Source of the DNA: Promethearchaeota archaeon | GTDB taxonomy: Archaea > Asgardarchaeota > Lokiarchaeia > Sigyniarchaeales > SOKP01 | Assembly: GCA_048938445.1 (NCBI GenBank) | Contig: JBHLME010000057.1 | Coordinates: 1-26,994, forward strand | Reading direction: 5' to 3' | DNA: 26,994 nt | Shown here: positions 9,103-18,634 of the stretch, one piece after another | Position numbering within the stretch: the stretch's first letter is position 1 | How the letters are laid out: each line of letters starts with the position of its first letter | Translations under genes and position numbers: made by a program | Notes under the pieces: generated by a model | What the model was told of the DNA's origin: nothing | The model's database searches: none | Seen by the model: the letters and a program-made list of their open reading frames with translations, nothing else

Positions 9103-9358
9103 TAAATTATCTTTGTTTAATAATCTATAAATCAATAATATCTTAATTGAAATTTTATGATATCATAGCTTTTCTTATAAAATTTTCAAGTTGCTAATTA
9201 TAGATTTAGGGAGAATAAAAAGAAATTTTTGATGAAATTTACCACCCACTTGTCATTATTAACATAGAATTAACATGAATTTATTTGTATGATGGATTAA
9301 TAATTGTAATTGAGAGAAAAAATTGTGATTAATCATAAAATCGGTTCAATTAACTCAC

Positions 9359-12280
9359 ATGACGATTGAAGATATCAATGTAAAAGAACTCACCCCTATG
9401 ATGCGCCACTGGTTCGAAATAAAAAAGCAATATCCAGAACACTTGATCGCTTATAGAATGGGTGATTTTTATGAGTTCTTTTATGATGATGCTATCAAAA
9501 TTTCAAACCTCATTGGAATAACACTAACTAAAAGAAAATTAGGGAATAGTTCTTATCCACTAGCAGGAATTCCCCATCATTCAGTTTCAAATCATTTCAA
9601 TAATCTAATTAATCAGGGTCAAACGCTTGTTCTTGTTGATCAGCTTGAAGATCCATCAACGGTGAAAGGAAGGATTGTAAAAAGAGGAGTTACTCGAATT
9701 CTTTCACCTGGTACTGTTGTAGATTTTAATTTTTTAAAATCTAATAAAAACAATTATATTGCTTCAATGGTGAGAGGCAAGAATGGTTATGGAATAGCAT
9801 TTGCAGATTTATCAACAGGTGAATTTGAAACTCAAGAATTTTCCTCAAAAGAGAGAGATCCGATTGAAACTTTACTTAGTATGGTTTCTCAATATGATCC
9901 TGTTGAAATAGTATTATCATCAGATTTAAAAAATGATGAGCGTTTGTTTATTTTATTACAAGATTTAACTGATGCTGTTATTAAAACTTATGATGATTAT
10001 GTATTTAATAATGATAAAGCACGAGAAACCATCCTTCGACATTTTAAAATATCAAATTTAGCAGGATTTGGTTTGGAAACCTCAAGACTAGCTGTATGTG
10101 CTGCAGGAGGATTATTAGCTTTTCTAAAGGAAACCCAAAGAGATATACTTCCAAATATATTCAAAATTAATCTCATTAAAGATGCTTCAAATCTTCATTT
10201 AGATTATATTACTCAGCGTAATCTTGAATTAATTTCTTCTTTATGGGAAAAAGGAAAAGAAGTAACTCTATATTCCATTTTCAATAAAACTCATACGCCA
10301 ATGGGATCGAGATTATTAAAAAAAATCATACTCAATCCATTAAATGATATTAAAGAGATAAATTATAGACTTAACATCGTTCAAAAATTCAAGGATGATA
10401 TATTTCTCAGGTCGGATTTAAGAGAAAAATTGAAAGTGGTAGGCGACCTTGAAAGATTCATTAATCGTGTAAATTATACAACTCGAACTAATGCAAGGGA
10501 TCTTGTAAACATTAGAAATTCATTAGAAATCATGCCAACAATTAAAAGTTTACTGGAAAAAGCAAATATTCCCGAAATCTCTCCTTTTCTGGAAAAAATA
10601 ACCGATTTTAGAGAGATTAGAGATCTCATCGAAATGTCAATAAAAGATGAACCTCCAATAACAATAAAAGAAGGTAATCTCATCAGAGAGGGATTTAACG
10701 AACAAGTGGATGAATTAAGAGATTTATTAAATAATGGAATGAAATATATCCTTGAATATGAGTCAGAGTTGAAAAAAATCTGGAATTTAAACACGGGGTT
10801 AAAAATTGGCCATAATAATATACTTGGATATTATATACAAATAACTCATAATACTTTAAAATCAATTTCAAAAGTTCCTGATGATTTTATAGAAAGAGCC
10901 CATCTTAAAAATGCTAAAAGATATACTACTGAAAGATTGAAAACTCTTGAAGAAAAAATTGTTTCAGCAGAAGAAAAAATCAATGATATTGAATATGAAA
11001 TTTTTTGTACAATTAGAGATAAAGTGATTGAAGAGACTCAAAATATTTTAGAAACTGCAAGAAATATTGCACTATTAGATGTCTTGACTTGCTTTGCTGA
11101 AATTTCTGAAAAGTATAACTTTTGTAGACCCATTGTAAATGAAGATACGAAGATTATTATAAAGCAAGGAAGGCATCCTGTTGTTGAACAGATAAATATT
11201 AATGAACCATTCATACCTAATGATTGTTATTTAGATATAGATGATGAGCAAATTCTCATCATTACTGGTCCAAATATGGCGGGAAAATCCACATTTTTAC
11301 GTCAGGTAGCATTAATTTGCATAGTTGCCCAAATGGGTTGTTTTGTTCCCGCAAAATCTGCTACCATTGGTATTATAGATCAAATTTTCACTAGAATTGG
11401 TGCTTCAGATGATCTTGCCCGGAAATTGAGTACGTTCATGATAGAAATGACTGAAACAGCAAAAATTTTAAACTATGCTACTCCTAAAAGTCTTGTTATA
11501 ATTGATGAATTGGGTAGGGGAACAAGCACGAGTGATGGCCAGAGTATTGCAATGGCAACACTAGAAAAACTTCATGATCTTAAAACGAAAACTCTCTTTA
11601 GTACACATTATCATCAATTAACTGAAATTAATTTACCAAGAATTAAGAATTTCCACTTAGATATTATTGAAAATGAGGATGGCTCGATAAATTTCGTAAG
11701 AAAATTAAGACAAGGGAGTACAGATAAATCATATGGTATTCATGTGGCAAAACTTGCAGGAATCCCCGATGATGTGATAATAAGGGCATTTGAAATATTA
11801 GAACAAATCGAAGAAAAAGATCCTTTTAAGTCTACTGTTAAAAAAAACGGAAATGGATCATCATCAGAAAAATATTATGATAAGTTTATCAATGAAAAGA
11901 AGCGAGAACTTGAAAATTTAAATTCAGAGATAATAGCTAAAAAGACTGAAATAAATGAATATGAGAGGAGATTAAAACAAAAGCAAGAGACAATAAAAAC
12001 AAAGGAAATTGAATTCAATGAATTAAAAGAAAATATTTCGAAAAGAACTCATGATAAAAATATTATTTCTTCAAAAAGAGTAACTGAAAAGCCGAAGAAA
12101 TCAGTTCAAACTACTTTTTTCAAACCTGTTATTAAAACTGAAAAAATTGTTGACAAGGAAATCGAGGAATTGAAGGAATTGATCAATGATGTTGATATTA
12201 ATTCTCTAACTCCTGTTGATGCAATGAAATTGATGATAAAACTTAAGAAAAAATTAGGAAACTTTACTTCAAAGTGTTAA
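9359..12280 (+). CDS. mutS: DNA mismatch repair protein MutS (MutS1 type)
   Basis: 'LTPMMRHW', mismatch motif GDFYEFF, Walker A GPNMAGKST, Walker B IIDELGRGTS, STHYH, SYGIHVA, C-terminal 'DINSLTPVDAM'. Confidence 0.96.
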   Translation: MTIEDINVKELTPMMRHWFEIKKQYPEHLIAYRMGDFYEFFYDDAIKISNLIGITLTKRKLGNSSYPLAGIPHHSVSNHFNNLINQGQTLVLVDQLEDPSTVKGRIVKRGVTRILSPGTVVDFNFLKSNKNNYIASMVRGKNGYGIAFADLSTGEFETQEFSSKERDPIETLLSMVSQYDPVEIVLSSDLKNDERLFILLQDLTDAVIKTYDDYVFNNDKARETILRHFKISNLAGFGLETSRLAVCAAGGLLAFLKETQRDILPNIFKINLIKDASNLHLDYITQRNLELISSLWEKGKEVTLYSIFNKTHTPMGSRLLKKIILNPLNDIKEINYRLNIVQKFKDDIFLRSDLREKLKVVGDLERFINRVNYTTRTNARDLVNIRNSLEIMPTIKSLLEKANIPEISPFLEKITDFREIRDLIEMSIKDEPPITIKEGNLIREGFNEQVDELRDLLNNGMKYILEYESELKKIWNLNTGLKIGHNNILGYYIQITHNTLKSISKVPDDFIERAHLKNAKRYTTERLKTLEEKIVSAEEKINDIEYEIFCTIRDKVIEETQNILETARNIALLDVLTCFAEISEKYNFCRPIVNEDTKIIIKQGRHPVVEQININEPFIPNDCYLDIDDEQILIITGPNMAGKSTFLRQVALICIVAQMGCFVPAKSATIGIIDQIFTRIGASDDLARKLSTFMIEMTETAKILNYATPKSLVIIDELGRGTSTSDGQSIAMATLEKLHDLKTKTLFSTHYHQLTEINLPRIKNFHLDIIENEDGSINFVRKLRQGSTDKSYGIHVAKLAGIPDDVIIRAFEILEQIEEKDPFKSTVKKNGNGSSSEKYYDKFINEKKRELENLNSEIIAKKTEINEYERRLKQKQETIKTKEIEFNELKENISKRTHDKNIISSKRVTEKPKKSVQTTFFKPVIKTEKIVDKEIEELKELINDVDINSLTPVDAMKLMIKLKKKLGNFTSKC

Positions 12281-12321
12281 TTCAGTTTATTTAAAAAGTT
12301 ATTACCTCAAAGTGCTTATAA

Positions 12322-13215
12322 TTGAAAATCATTAATATCAATGATGATAAATGCATTAAATGCTTGAAATGCGTAAATGATTGTCCTACTAGGCTATTTT
12401 TTAAACCACCTACAATTACAGGAAAAAAAAGAATAGTAAAATTTGAAGATCCATTCAATTCCTGCATTATTTGTGGACATTGTATCTCTATTTGTCCTAC
12501 TGATGCTATAGAGTATGAAGCTTCTGATAGAGCATGTGAATTTGAAGAAACTAGAAATCCATCATCTATTATCATATATGAAAATCTCTTGAAATTTTTA
12601 AGAATTCGCCGTTCAATAAGGAGTTATAAAGAAGATCCCGTTCCTCGAGAAGAAATTAATTCCATTCTTGAAGCAATGAGATATGCTCCTTCTGCAGGGA
12701 ACAAACAGTCTTGGGAATTCATTGTACTTACCGAAAAAGAAAAAATATCTAATTTAAGAGACATTGTAATGAATTTAATACTTTCTTTAAATAAGGTAAT
12801 TAGAATAGCTAAATATTTTAGGTTTTTCCTATCAAAAAATTTAAAGGAACAAGTCAATACTCCAAGGACAATGATTTCTTTAAATTCTAAGATTGAAAGG
12901 TTTAAAAACGGGCAAGATCCGATATTTTTTAATGCTCCAGTTGTAATTATTATTTATGCTCCTAAATATGGAAGTATGACTGGAAATGATGCTGGAATTA
13001 CTTTAACATATGGAATGTTAGCTGCCCAAGCTCGTGGTTTAGGTACTTGTTGGATTGGTTATGCTCAAGAAGCATTAAGGAGAAATAAAAAGTATCGTAA
13101 AAAGCTTGGTATCCCAAAAAAAATGAATGTACATGGAGTTCTGATACTTGGATATCCTGCTGTTGAATATCATAGGGTACCTCCTAGAAATCCCTTAAAA
13201 ATAAAATGGAATTGA
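12322..13215 (+). CDS. Nitroreductase family protein with N-terminal 2x[4Fe-4S]
   Basis: CIKCLKCVNDCP and CIICGHCISICP; 'RRSIRSY', 'APSAGNKQSWEF', 'GLGTCWIG', 'LILGYP'. TTG start. Confidence 0.92.
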   Translation: MKIININDDKCIKCLKCVNDCPTRLFFKPPTITGKKRIVKFEDPFNSCIICGHCISICPTDAIEYEASDRACEFEETRNPSSIIIYENLLKFLRIRRSIRSYKEDPVPREEINSILEAMRYAPSAGNKQSWEFIVLTEKEKISNLRDIVMNLILSLNKVIRIAKYFRFFLSKNLKEQVNTPRTMISLNSKIERFKNGQDPIFFNAPVVIIIYAPKYGSMTGNDAGITLTYGMLAAQARGLGTCWIGYAQEALRRNKKYRKKLGIPKKMNVHGVLILGYPAVEYHRVPPRNPLKIKWN

Positions 13216-13239
13216 GATTTGATACTCCAATTCTTTTTT
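13210..13239 (+). terminator. Possible hairpin plus T-tract terminator after the nitroreductase gene
   Basis: Imperfect inverted repeat GAATTG(A)G...CTCCAATTC spanning the stop codon, followed directly by TTTTTT. Confidence 0.3.
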
Positions 13240-13364
13240 ATACTAATTTTAATAATTAATTCCTCTTTAATAGTCCACTCATTTAAATATCAAATCATAA
13301 TCAATAATATAAAACTTAAAAATGGTAAAATTCAATCATATTACTCATAAATTAAGGAAATAAA

Positions 13365-15239
13365 GTGAATCGGAAAAAAATTCAAAAAATAATAAATGCA
13401 AATAAGATTGCTGCGGGAGAGGTTGTTGATAGACCCGCAAACATCGTAAAAGAATTAGTAGAGAATTCCATTGATGCGGGGGCTTCAGAGATCAAAATTC
13501 TTGTGAATAAGGCAGGAAAATTATTAATTCAAGTTATAGATAATGGCATTGGCATACCTCCGGATGAAATGGAAATTGCCTTTGAAAGTCATACTAGTAG
13601 CAAGATACGCAGTATCGAGGATTTGAATGTGCTTTCGACTTTAGGATTTAGAGGAGAAGCTCTACATAGTATCGCAGTAGTGAGTCAGGTTGAAATAATT
13701 TCAAGAACAAGTGAAAGAGAATTAGGATATCAATTAATCATAGAAGGTGGGAAATTAATTGATAAGAAGGAAGTTTCCTGTCCTGTTGGAACAAATATCA
13801 AGGTGAAAAACATATTTTTTAACTTGCCAGCAAGACAAAAGTTCCTAAAATCAGACACGACTGAACTAGGGCATATTTCAGATATCATTCAACGATATTC
13901 ATTAGCTTATCCACATATTCACATTATATATCAACATAATGACTTGAATCTTCTTAATTGTCCTACATCAAATGATTTAAAAACGACGATTTTTCACATC
14001 TATGGAAAAAAAGTTGCTAAATATATGGAACCGATTGATTATAGTGAGGATAATATATCATTTAAAATTAAAGGATTATTGGGGCATCCCGAGATTTCAA
14101 AAAAAAATAGGAATTTTTCAAGTTTATTTATAAACCAACGCTACATTATTAGTGATATCTTATTTAGAGCAATTAAAGAAGCATATAAGGGAACATTAAT
14201 GATTAATAAACATCCCTTTTTCGTGTTAAATTTAGAACTTGATCCTTCTGTTGTTGATTTTAACGTACATCCAAAAAAACTTCAAGTAAGGTTTGAAAAG
14301 GAGGATTATATTTACAACAAAGTATATAACATTATTCGAAGTCAAGTAGAAGAAAAATTCATTTTAAAGGAAGAAAAATACATATCTACTGAAATTAATG
14401 ACTTTATCAGCACTAAAAAAGTAATATCTACTAAAATTGAAAAACCTATAAAAGAAATTAGAGAAAGAAATTCCATTAAAGCTATTATCATTGAAAATAA
14501 AGATTCCTTAAAGGATTTTGTTGATGATACGATTCAATTACGTCTAACTGATCATGATATCAATAAAAATATTGATTCTTCCCAAGATTCAGAAACTTAC
14601 TTGAAAGAAAAATATATCATAGCAAAAAATTTTCCTAAACTTAAATTTATTAGTAATACGGGTCAATTAAGCAACAAGACTTATGTAGTTCTGGAAGGAA
14701 TTAATGAAAATAATGAAAGAGGTATTTATATCTTAGATCAACATGCGGCATCAGAGCGAATTAATAAAGAATTCTTTCTAAAAGCATGTGAGGAATCAAA
14801 AAATAATTGTCAAAGACTCATTTCTCCACTTAAAATTGATGTTTTACCAAGCGAAAAATCTTTTATAGAAGAAAATATTTATGAAATAAGAAAACTGGGA
14901 TTTAATTTTGAAAATTTTGGAGGAAACACGTTTATATTGAGAGAAATCCCCACAATAATGGATAAAACACCTAATATTAATATATTACATGATATTATAT
15001 CTGACATTACAAGGATCGGAAAAGACAAGAGTTTTTCTCAAGTTAAAGAAGAAATTATAAATTATTTGGCTTGCCATAAAAGTATTCGAGGAGGAGATGA
15101 TTTATCTTTGAAGAATATTAGAAATCTTCTTATAGATTTATCAAACTGTGAAAATCCTTTCTATTGTGCTCATGGACGGCCAACATTAAAGTTTATATCC
15201 TTTAAAGAATTGGATAAATTATTTAAGCGCATTACTTAA
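13365..15239 (+). CDS. mutL: DNA mismatch repair endonuclease MutL
   Basis: 'IAAGEVVDRPANIVKELVENSIDAGA', DNGIG, TLGFRGEAL, DFNVHPKK; endonuclease motifs DQHAASERINKE, ACH and CAHGRP. GTG start. Confidence 0.96.
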   Translation: MNRKKIQKIINANKIAAGEVVDRPANIVKELVENSIDAGASEIKILVNKAGKLLIQVIDNGIGIPPDEMEIAFESHTSSKIRSIEDLNVLSTLGFRGEALHSIAVVSQVEIISRTSERELGYQLIIEGGKLIDKKEVSCPVGTNIKVKNIFFNLPARQKFLKSDTTELGHISDIIQRYSLAYPHIHIIYQHNDLNLLNCPTSNDLKTTIFHIYGKKVAKYMEPIDYSEDNISFKIKGLLGHPEISKKNRNFSSLFINQRYIISDILFRAIKEAYKGTLMINKHPFFVLNLELDPSVVDFNVHPKKLQVRFEKEDYIYNKVYNIIRSQVEEKFILKEEKYISTEINDFISTKKVISTKIEKPIKEIRERNSIKAIIIENKDSLKDFVDDTIQLRLTDHDINKNIDSSQDSETYLKEKYIIAKNFPKLKFISNTGQLSNKTYVVLEGINENNERGIYILDQHAASERINKEFFLKACEESKNNCQRLISPLKIDVLPSEKSFIEENIYEIRKLGFNFENFGGNTFILREIPTIMDKTPNINILHDIISDITRIGKDKSFSQVKEEIINYLACHKSIRGGDDLSLKNIRNLLIDLSNCENPFYCAHGRPTLKFISFKELDKLFKRIT

Positions 15240-15441
15240 TGAAATTCAAAATTTCTTATATTTCTAATTACTCTTCTGTTAGATTTTAGTTTCAATCTCA
15301 ATTTTTAATGAAAGTATTTTTTGTTTGTACTTTAAGAAAGTTCTACTAACATCATGACAAATGTTTATATTCAAATTTTTTTACTATTTAATAAAAAGAT
15401 TTTACCCCATATCTTAAAAAAGTAAGGAATGAGTCTAAAAA

Positions 15442-16974
15442 TTGAGTTCAAAATCAAAAAAAGAGAAGAAAAAGAAAAAAAAAGAAGAAGGAAATGAAGT
15501 TCAAGAAGAGTTTAACTCCATTTTAATTGAAGAGCGCGAAGAAATCAGGATAGAACAAGCTGAAATGGCTCCCATTGATGAAAATGACAAAAGAATTGAT
15601 GAATTAAGTCATTCAATGCAAGATTATTTTAGTAAGGATCAATATGAAGATGCAATTATCGTAGCAAGAACCATAATAGAATTAACTAAGATAACTGGAA
15701 ATAAACAGAAAATGCAAGAAACGGAGAAATCGATATCATCAATGCAAAAAGAACTTAAAAGTAGGTATAAAGATGTTGATATAAATGAAAAAATTGAATT
15801 ACTTCAAAAAAGAAAGATTGAATATGATGAAAAAGAAGAATTCGAAGAAGCAATTAGAATTTCTAAAAAACTCATAGAAATTGCAAACATAGTTGGAAAG
15901 AAAAAAATTAATCAAGAAGAAAATGAATTCATTAAGGAGATGGAAGAAAAGATCAAAAATAGACCTACTAAAGTTGAAATCATTGATGAAATAGAAAAAT
16001 TAAAGGGTATTAAGAATGAACACACTATCAAAAAGGAATATAAAGAAGCAATTGAAATATCAAAAAAAATAATGAAATTTGCTAATATAGCGGGAGTTAA
16101 AAAAGTAATAGAGGAAGAAGAGAACTCAATCAAGGCAATTCAAAAAATCCTAGATAAAGAACAATATATACTTGATGGTTTTAAGGAATATAGTAAATTA
16201 AGAGAAGATTATAAAATTTTAGTAAAATACAATGCAATAAAACAAGCGCATTCTTTAATGGAAGATTTTCAAGAAAAATATGCTGATACTCCTCAGGTTT
16301 TGTCTGATCCTGAAATTGAAAAAGATCTCGTTGATGATACAAAACAATGGGTGTCTTATCGAGTTGAAAAAGATAAAATAGAAAAGGATAAGTTAGAAAA
16401 AGAAGGAACTGTTCTTGCAAGACAAAAAACTGTAAAATTAGAGATGGAAAAAGTTAGGTTAGAGGAAGAAAAATCAAGATTGAGGAGAGAGTTGACGAAA
16501 CTTAAAAGACAGCAACTATATTCGGAAACGGGTAAAGCAAAAGTAAAATTAGAAAAGGAAGCCTCACAAATTGAGATAGAAAAAAAAAGATTGGAACTGG
16601 AGAGAAAGAAATTTGAAGATACAAAAGCAAAGTGGGAACTTGAAAAATTAAAACTAGTAGAAGGTAGAGAACAAGAATTAGAAACGAATACGCTTGTAGA
16701 GGTAGAAAAAACAGAAATAGAGGAAGCAAGAGAAAAATTGAGCATTGACATCACGAGATTTATGGAAGACAAAGAGGAATTTAATACAGAGAAATTAAAT
16801 TTTGAAGAACAAATGACACAGAAACAAGAAGAATTGAATAAAAAAGAATTGGAAATTGAAGAAGCAAGAGAAAAACTTGAATGGGAAAAATTAAAATTTC
16901 AACAAGAAAAAGAAAAATTCGATGAGGATAAGAAAAAGTTTGAAGAGATCAAGAAAAAGATCTCTGAATTATGA
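15442..16974 (+). CDS. Glu/Lys-rich helical-repeat and long coiled-coil protein (hypothetical)
   Basis: 510-aa ORF with three 66-aa helical repeats followed by about 200 aa of charged heptad-like sequence. Confidence 0.8.
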   Translation: MSSKSKKEKKKKKKEEGNEVQEEFNSILIEEREEIRIEQAEMAPIDENDKRIDELSHSMQDYFSKDQYEDAIIVARTIIELTKITGNKQKMQETEKSISSMQKELKSRYKDVDINEKIELLQKRKIEYDEKEEFEEAIRISKKLIEIANIVGKKKINQEENEFIKEMEEKIKNRPTKVEIIDEIEKLKGIKNEHTIKKEYKEAIEISKKIMKFANIAGVKKVIEEEENSIKAIQKILDKEQYILDGFKEYSKLREDYKILVKYNAIKQAHSLMEDFQEKYADTPQVLSDPEIEKDLVDDTKQWVSYRVEKDKIEKDKLEKEGTVLARQKTVKLEMEKVRLEEEKSRLRRELTKLKRQQLYSETGKAKVKLEKEASQIEIEKKRLELERKKFEDTKAKWELEKLKLVEGREQELETNTLVEVEKTEIEEAREKLSIDITRFMEDKEEFNTEKLNFEEQMTQKQEELNKKELEIEEAREKLEWEKLKFQQEKEKFDEDKKKFEEIKKKISEL

Positions 16975-17587
16975 CTTTTATTTTTCTAAAAATTTTGTTA
17001 TTGGTTAAGTAGCCAATTTCCTTTATCATTAGCTTTTTATCTATATAGAGAAGAACAATGAGAGCTATTACTATTATAGTTAATACAGTTAAAAGTATCT
17101 CATGTATTCTTATTAAATTTAAATCTGGCAACATGACGAAACCAAAAGTTTTAGCTTCAAAATAAGTCCTTATTCTGTAATCATTAGGATTTTCAAATTC
17201 AAGATAATAATGTTTTAATTCGTCTATCATTATTCCAAGAAAGGGATTATCAAGATGTTCTATATAATTCAGATTATAGCTTGTAATATTACGCTCACGT
17301 TCTCCATCGCATATAAGATAAAGATTAATCGAATCTATGATGGAGCTATCCACGGAATATGTTAATATCCATCCTTTGTCTAACCAACCTAAACTCATGA
17401 TATATGATTCATTAGATCTTACACTTATACTATCGAAGGAAAACGTTCCTGCATGATTTAACGAATCTGCGGGATATTTATATTTATTTTTATCAAGTGC
17501 AATTACAAATGATATACTTAAATATGTAATTATGACTAAAAGAACTAAAATACCTATCTTAATATTTCTTCTGGTTGATCTAAACAA
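16949..17587 (-). CDS. Membrane protein with N-terminal signal/anchor, beta-rich (GOLD-like?) domain and C-terminal TM
   Basis: Hydrophobic 'IGILVLLVIITYLSISFVIAL' and 'ILLTVLTIIVIALIVLLYI'; SD-like GAGGT upstream of a TTG start. Confidence 0.72.
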   Translation of the reverse strand: MFRSTRRNIKIGILVLLVIITYLSISFVIALDKNKYKYPADSLNHAGTFSFDSISVRSNESYIMSLGWLDKGWILTYSVDSSIIDSINLYLICDGERERNITSYNLNYIEHLDNPFLGIMIDELKHYYLEFENPNDYRIRTYFEAKTFGFVMLPDLNLIRIHEILLTVLTIIVIALIVLLYIDKKLMIKEIGYLTNNKIFRKIKVIIQRSFS

Positions 17588-17807
17588 AGAAATTTACCTC
17601 AGCTTTTTGGTTATATAATACTAAATGCATTGATTAAAATTTATATTTAACTTATCAAATAACTGATTTACTTATTATAAATAGCGATAGAGATTCTCTA
17701 TTACAATTAGGATGTAATTGTATCTCAAGTTCTATGAAAATCCCTCTGGTTCAAAAAATTGTTAACGTGAAATTTAAGAAGTTAGTAATTGTAAGAACAA
17801 TACAAAG

Positions 17808-18077
17808 TTATGCTTTTGAAAAAGCTATACCTTCTACTCCTTGCAAACCATCCATTCCACGGATTATTTCCTCCAGCTTATCCGTTCCTCCCCACTCTTC
17901 AGGATATCTCACTCGAACTCTTATTTTTTTCAATCCAAATGCAACTGGTAAAATTTCATGATGTTCAAGAGTACAAGTATCAGGTAATATGTTTTTTAAC
18001 TTCTCAACAAGATCTTCAAAACTTATATCAGTATCATCAGGAATCACATCAATCAATGCGATGAATTCATTTCCCAT
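17808..18077 (-). CDS. ef1b: Archaeal translation elongation factor 1-beta
   Basis: 89 aa; 'DVIPDD', 'PVAFGLKKI', 'GGTDKLEE' aEF-1beta signature; adjacent to the Zn-ribbon gene as is typical in archaea. Confidence 0.93.
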   Translation of the reverse strand: MGNEFIALIDVIPDDTDISFEDLVEKLKNILPDTCTLEHHEILPVAFGLKKIRVRVRYPEEWGGTDKLEEIIRGMDGLQGVEGIAFSKA

Positions 18078-18117
18078 GTCCTCATACCTCTTTATTTTAA
18101 ATTTTTAGTAGTAATGT

Positions 18118-18300
18118 TTAAGGCCCTTCAAATTCACACTTCAAACATTTATATGTTTTTCCCATGTCCCTGCATCGTTCACATCTCCATATCGTTACAT
18201 CTCCACAAGATGGACAAGGAAAGTGAACTGCTGCCTCATAGGGCGCAATAGGTCGTCCACAACACATGCACTTGTTTTTTTTAAATGATGACATTGCCAC
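18118..18300 (-). CDS. Small Zn-ribbon protein (HVO_2753/DUF1610-like)
   Basis: Four CxxC pairs: CMCC, FPCPSCG, IWRCERCR, YKCLKCEFEGP; conserved position upstream of ef1b. Confidence 0.88.
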   Translation of the reverse strand: MAMSSFKKNKCMCCGRPIAPYEAAVHFPCPSCGDVTIWRCERCRDMGKTYKCLKCEFEGP

Positions 18301-18634
18301 TTACAATTGAAGTAATAATATTTTATAGTAGCTAATAATTAACAATAACTTTAATTATTTTTGTTTTTCATCATCAAGTAGTTTTCTATTTAAAGTTAAA
18401 TTACTATATGGTTTATAGAGTAATACTTTTAGATCAAATTAATTAGAAATATCATATGAAAACTTAACTTAATAAGTAATAATGGTTTAAATATAGATTA
18501 TCTAGTCAAGTTATATGGGCTTTCATAAACTATCATCACTTAAAATGTAAAGGTGGATACCTATTCCAGAAAACAAGGTAAAAAAATATTTTTCACTGAT
18601 AGAATGCTGGGCGTTTTGTGATATCTGCCAAGAT

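Noticed and set aside
15442-16974. A/G-rich repetitive-looking DNA as a tandem repeat or CRISPR-like array
   Set aside because: Explained by Glu/Lys codons; no constant repeat-spacer structure at the DNA level.
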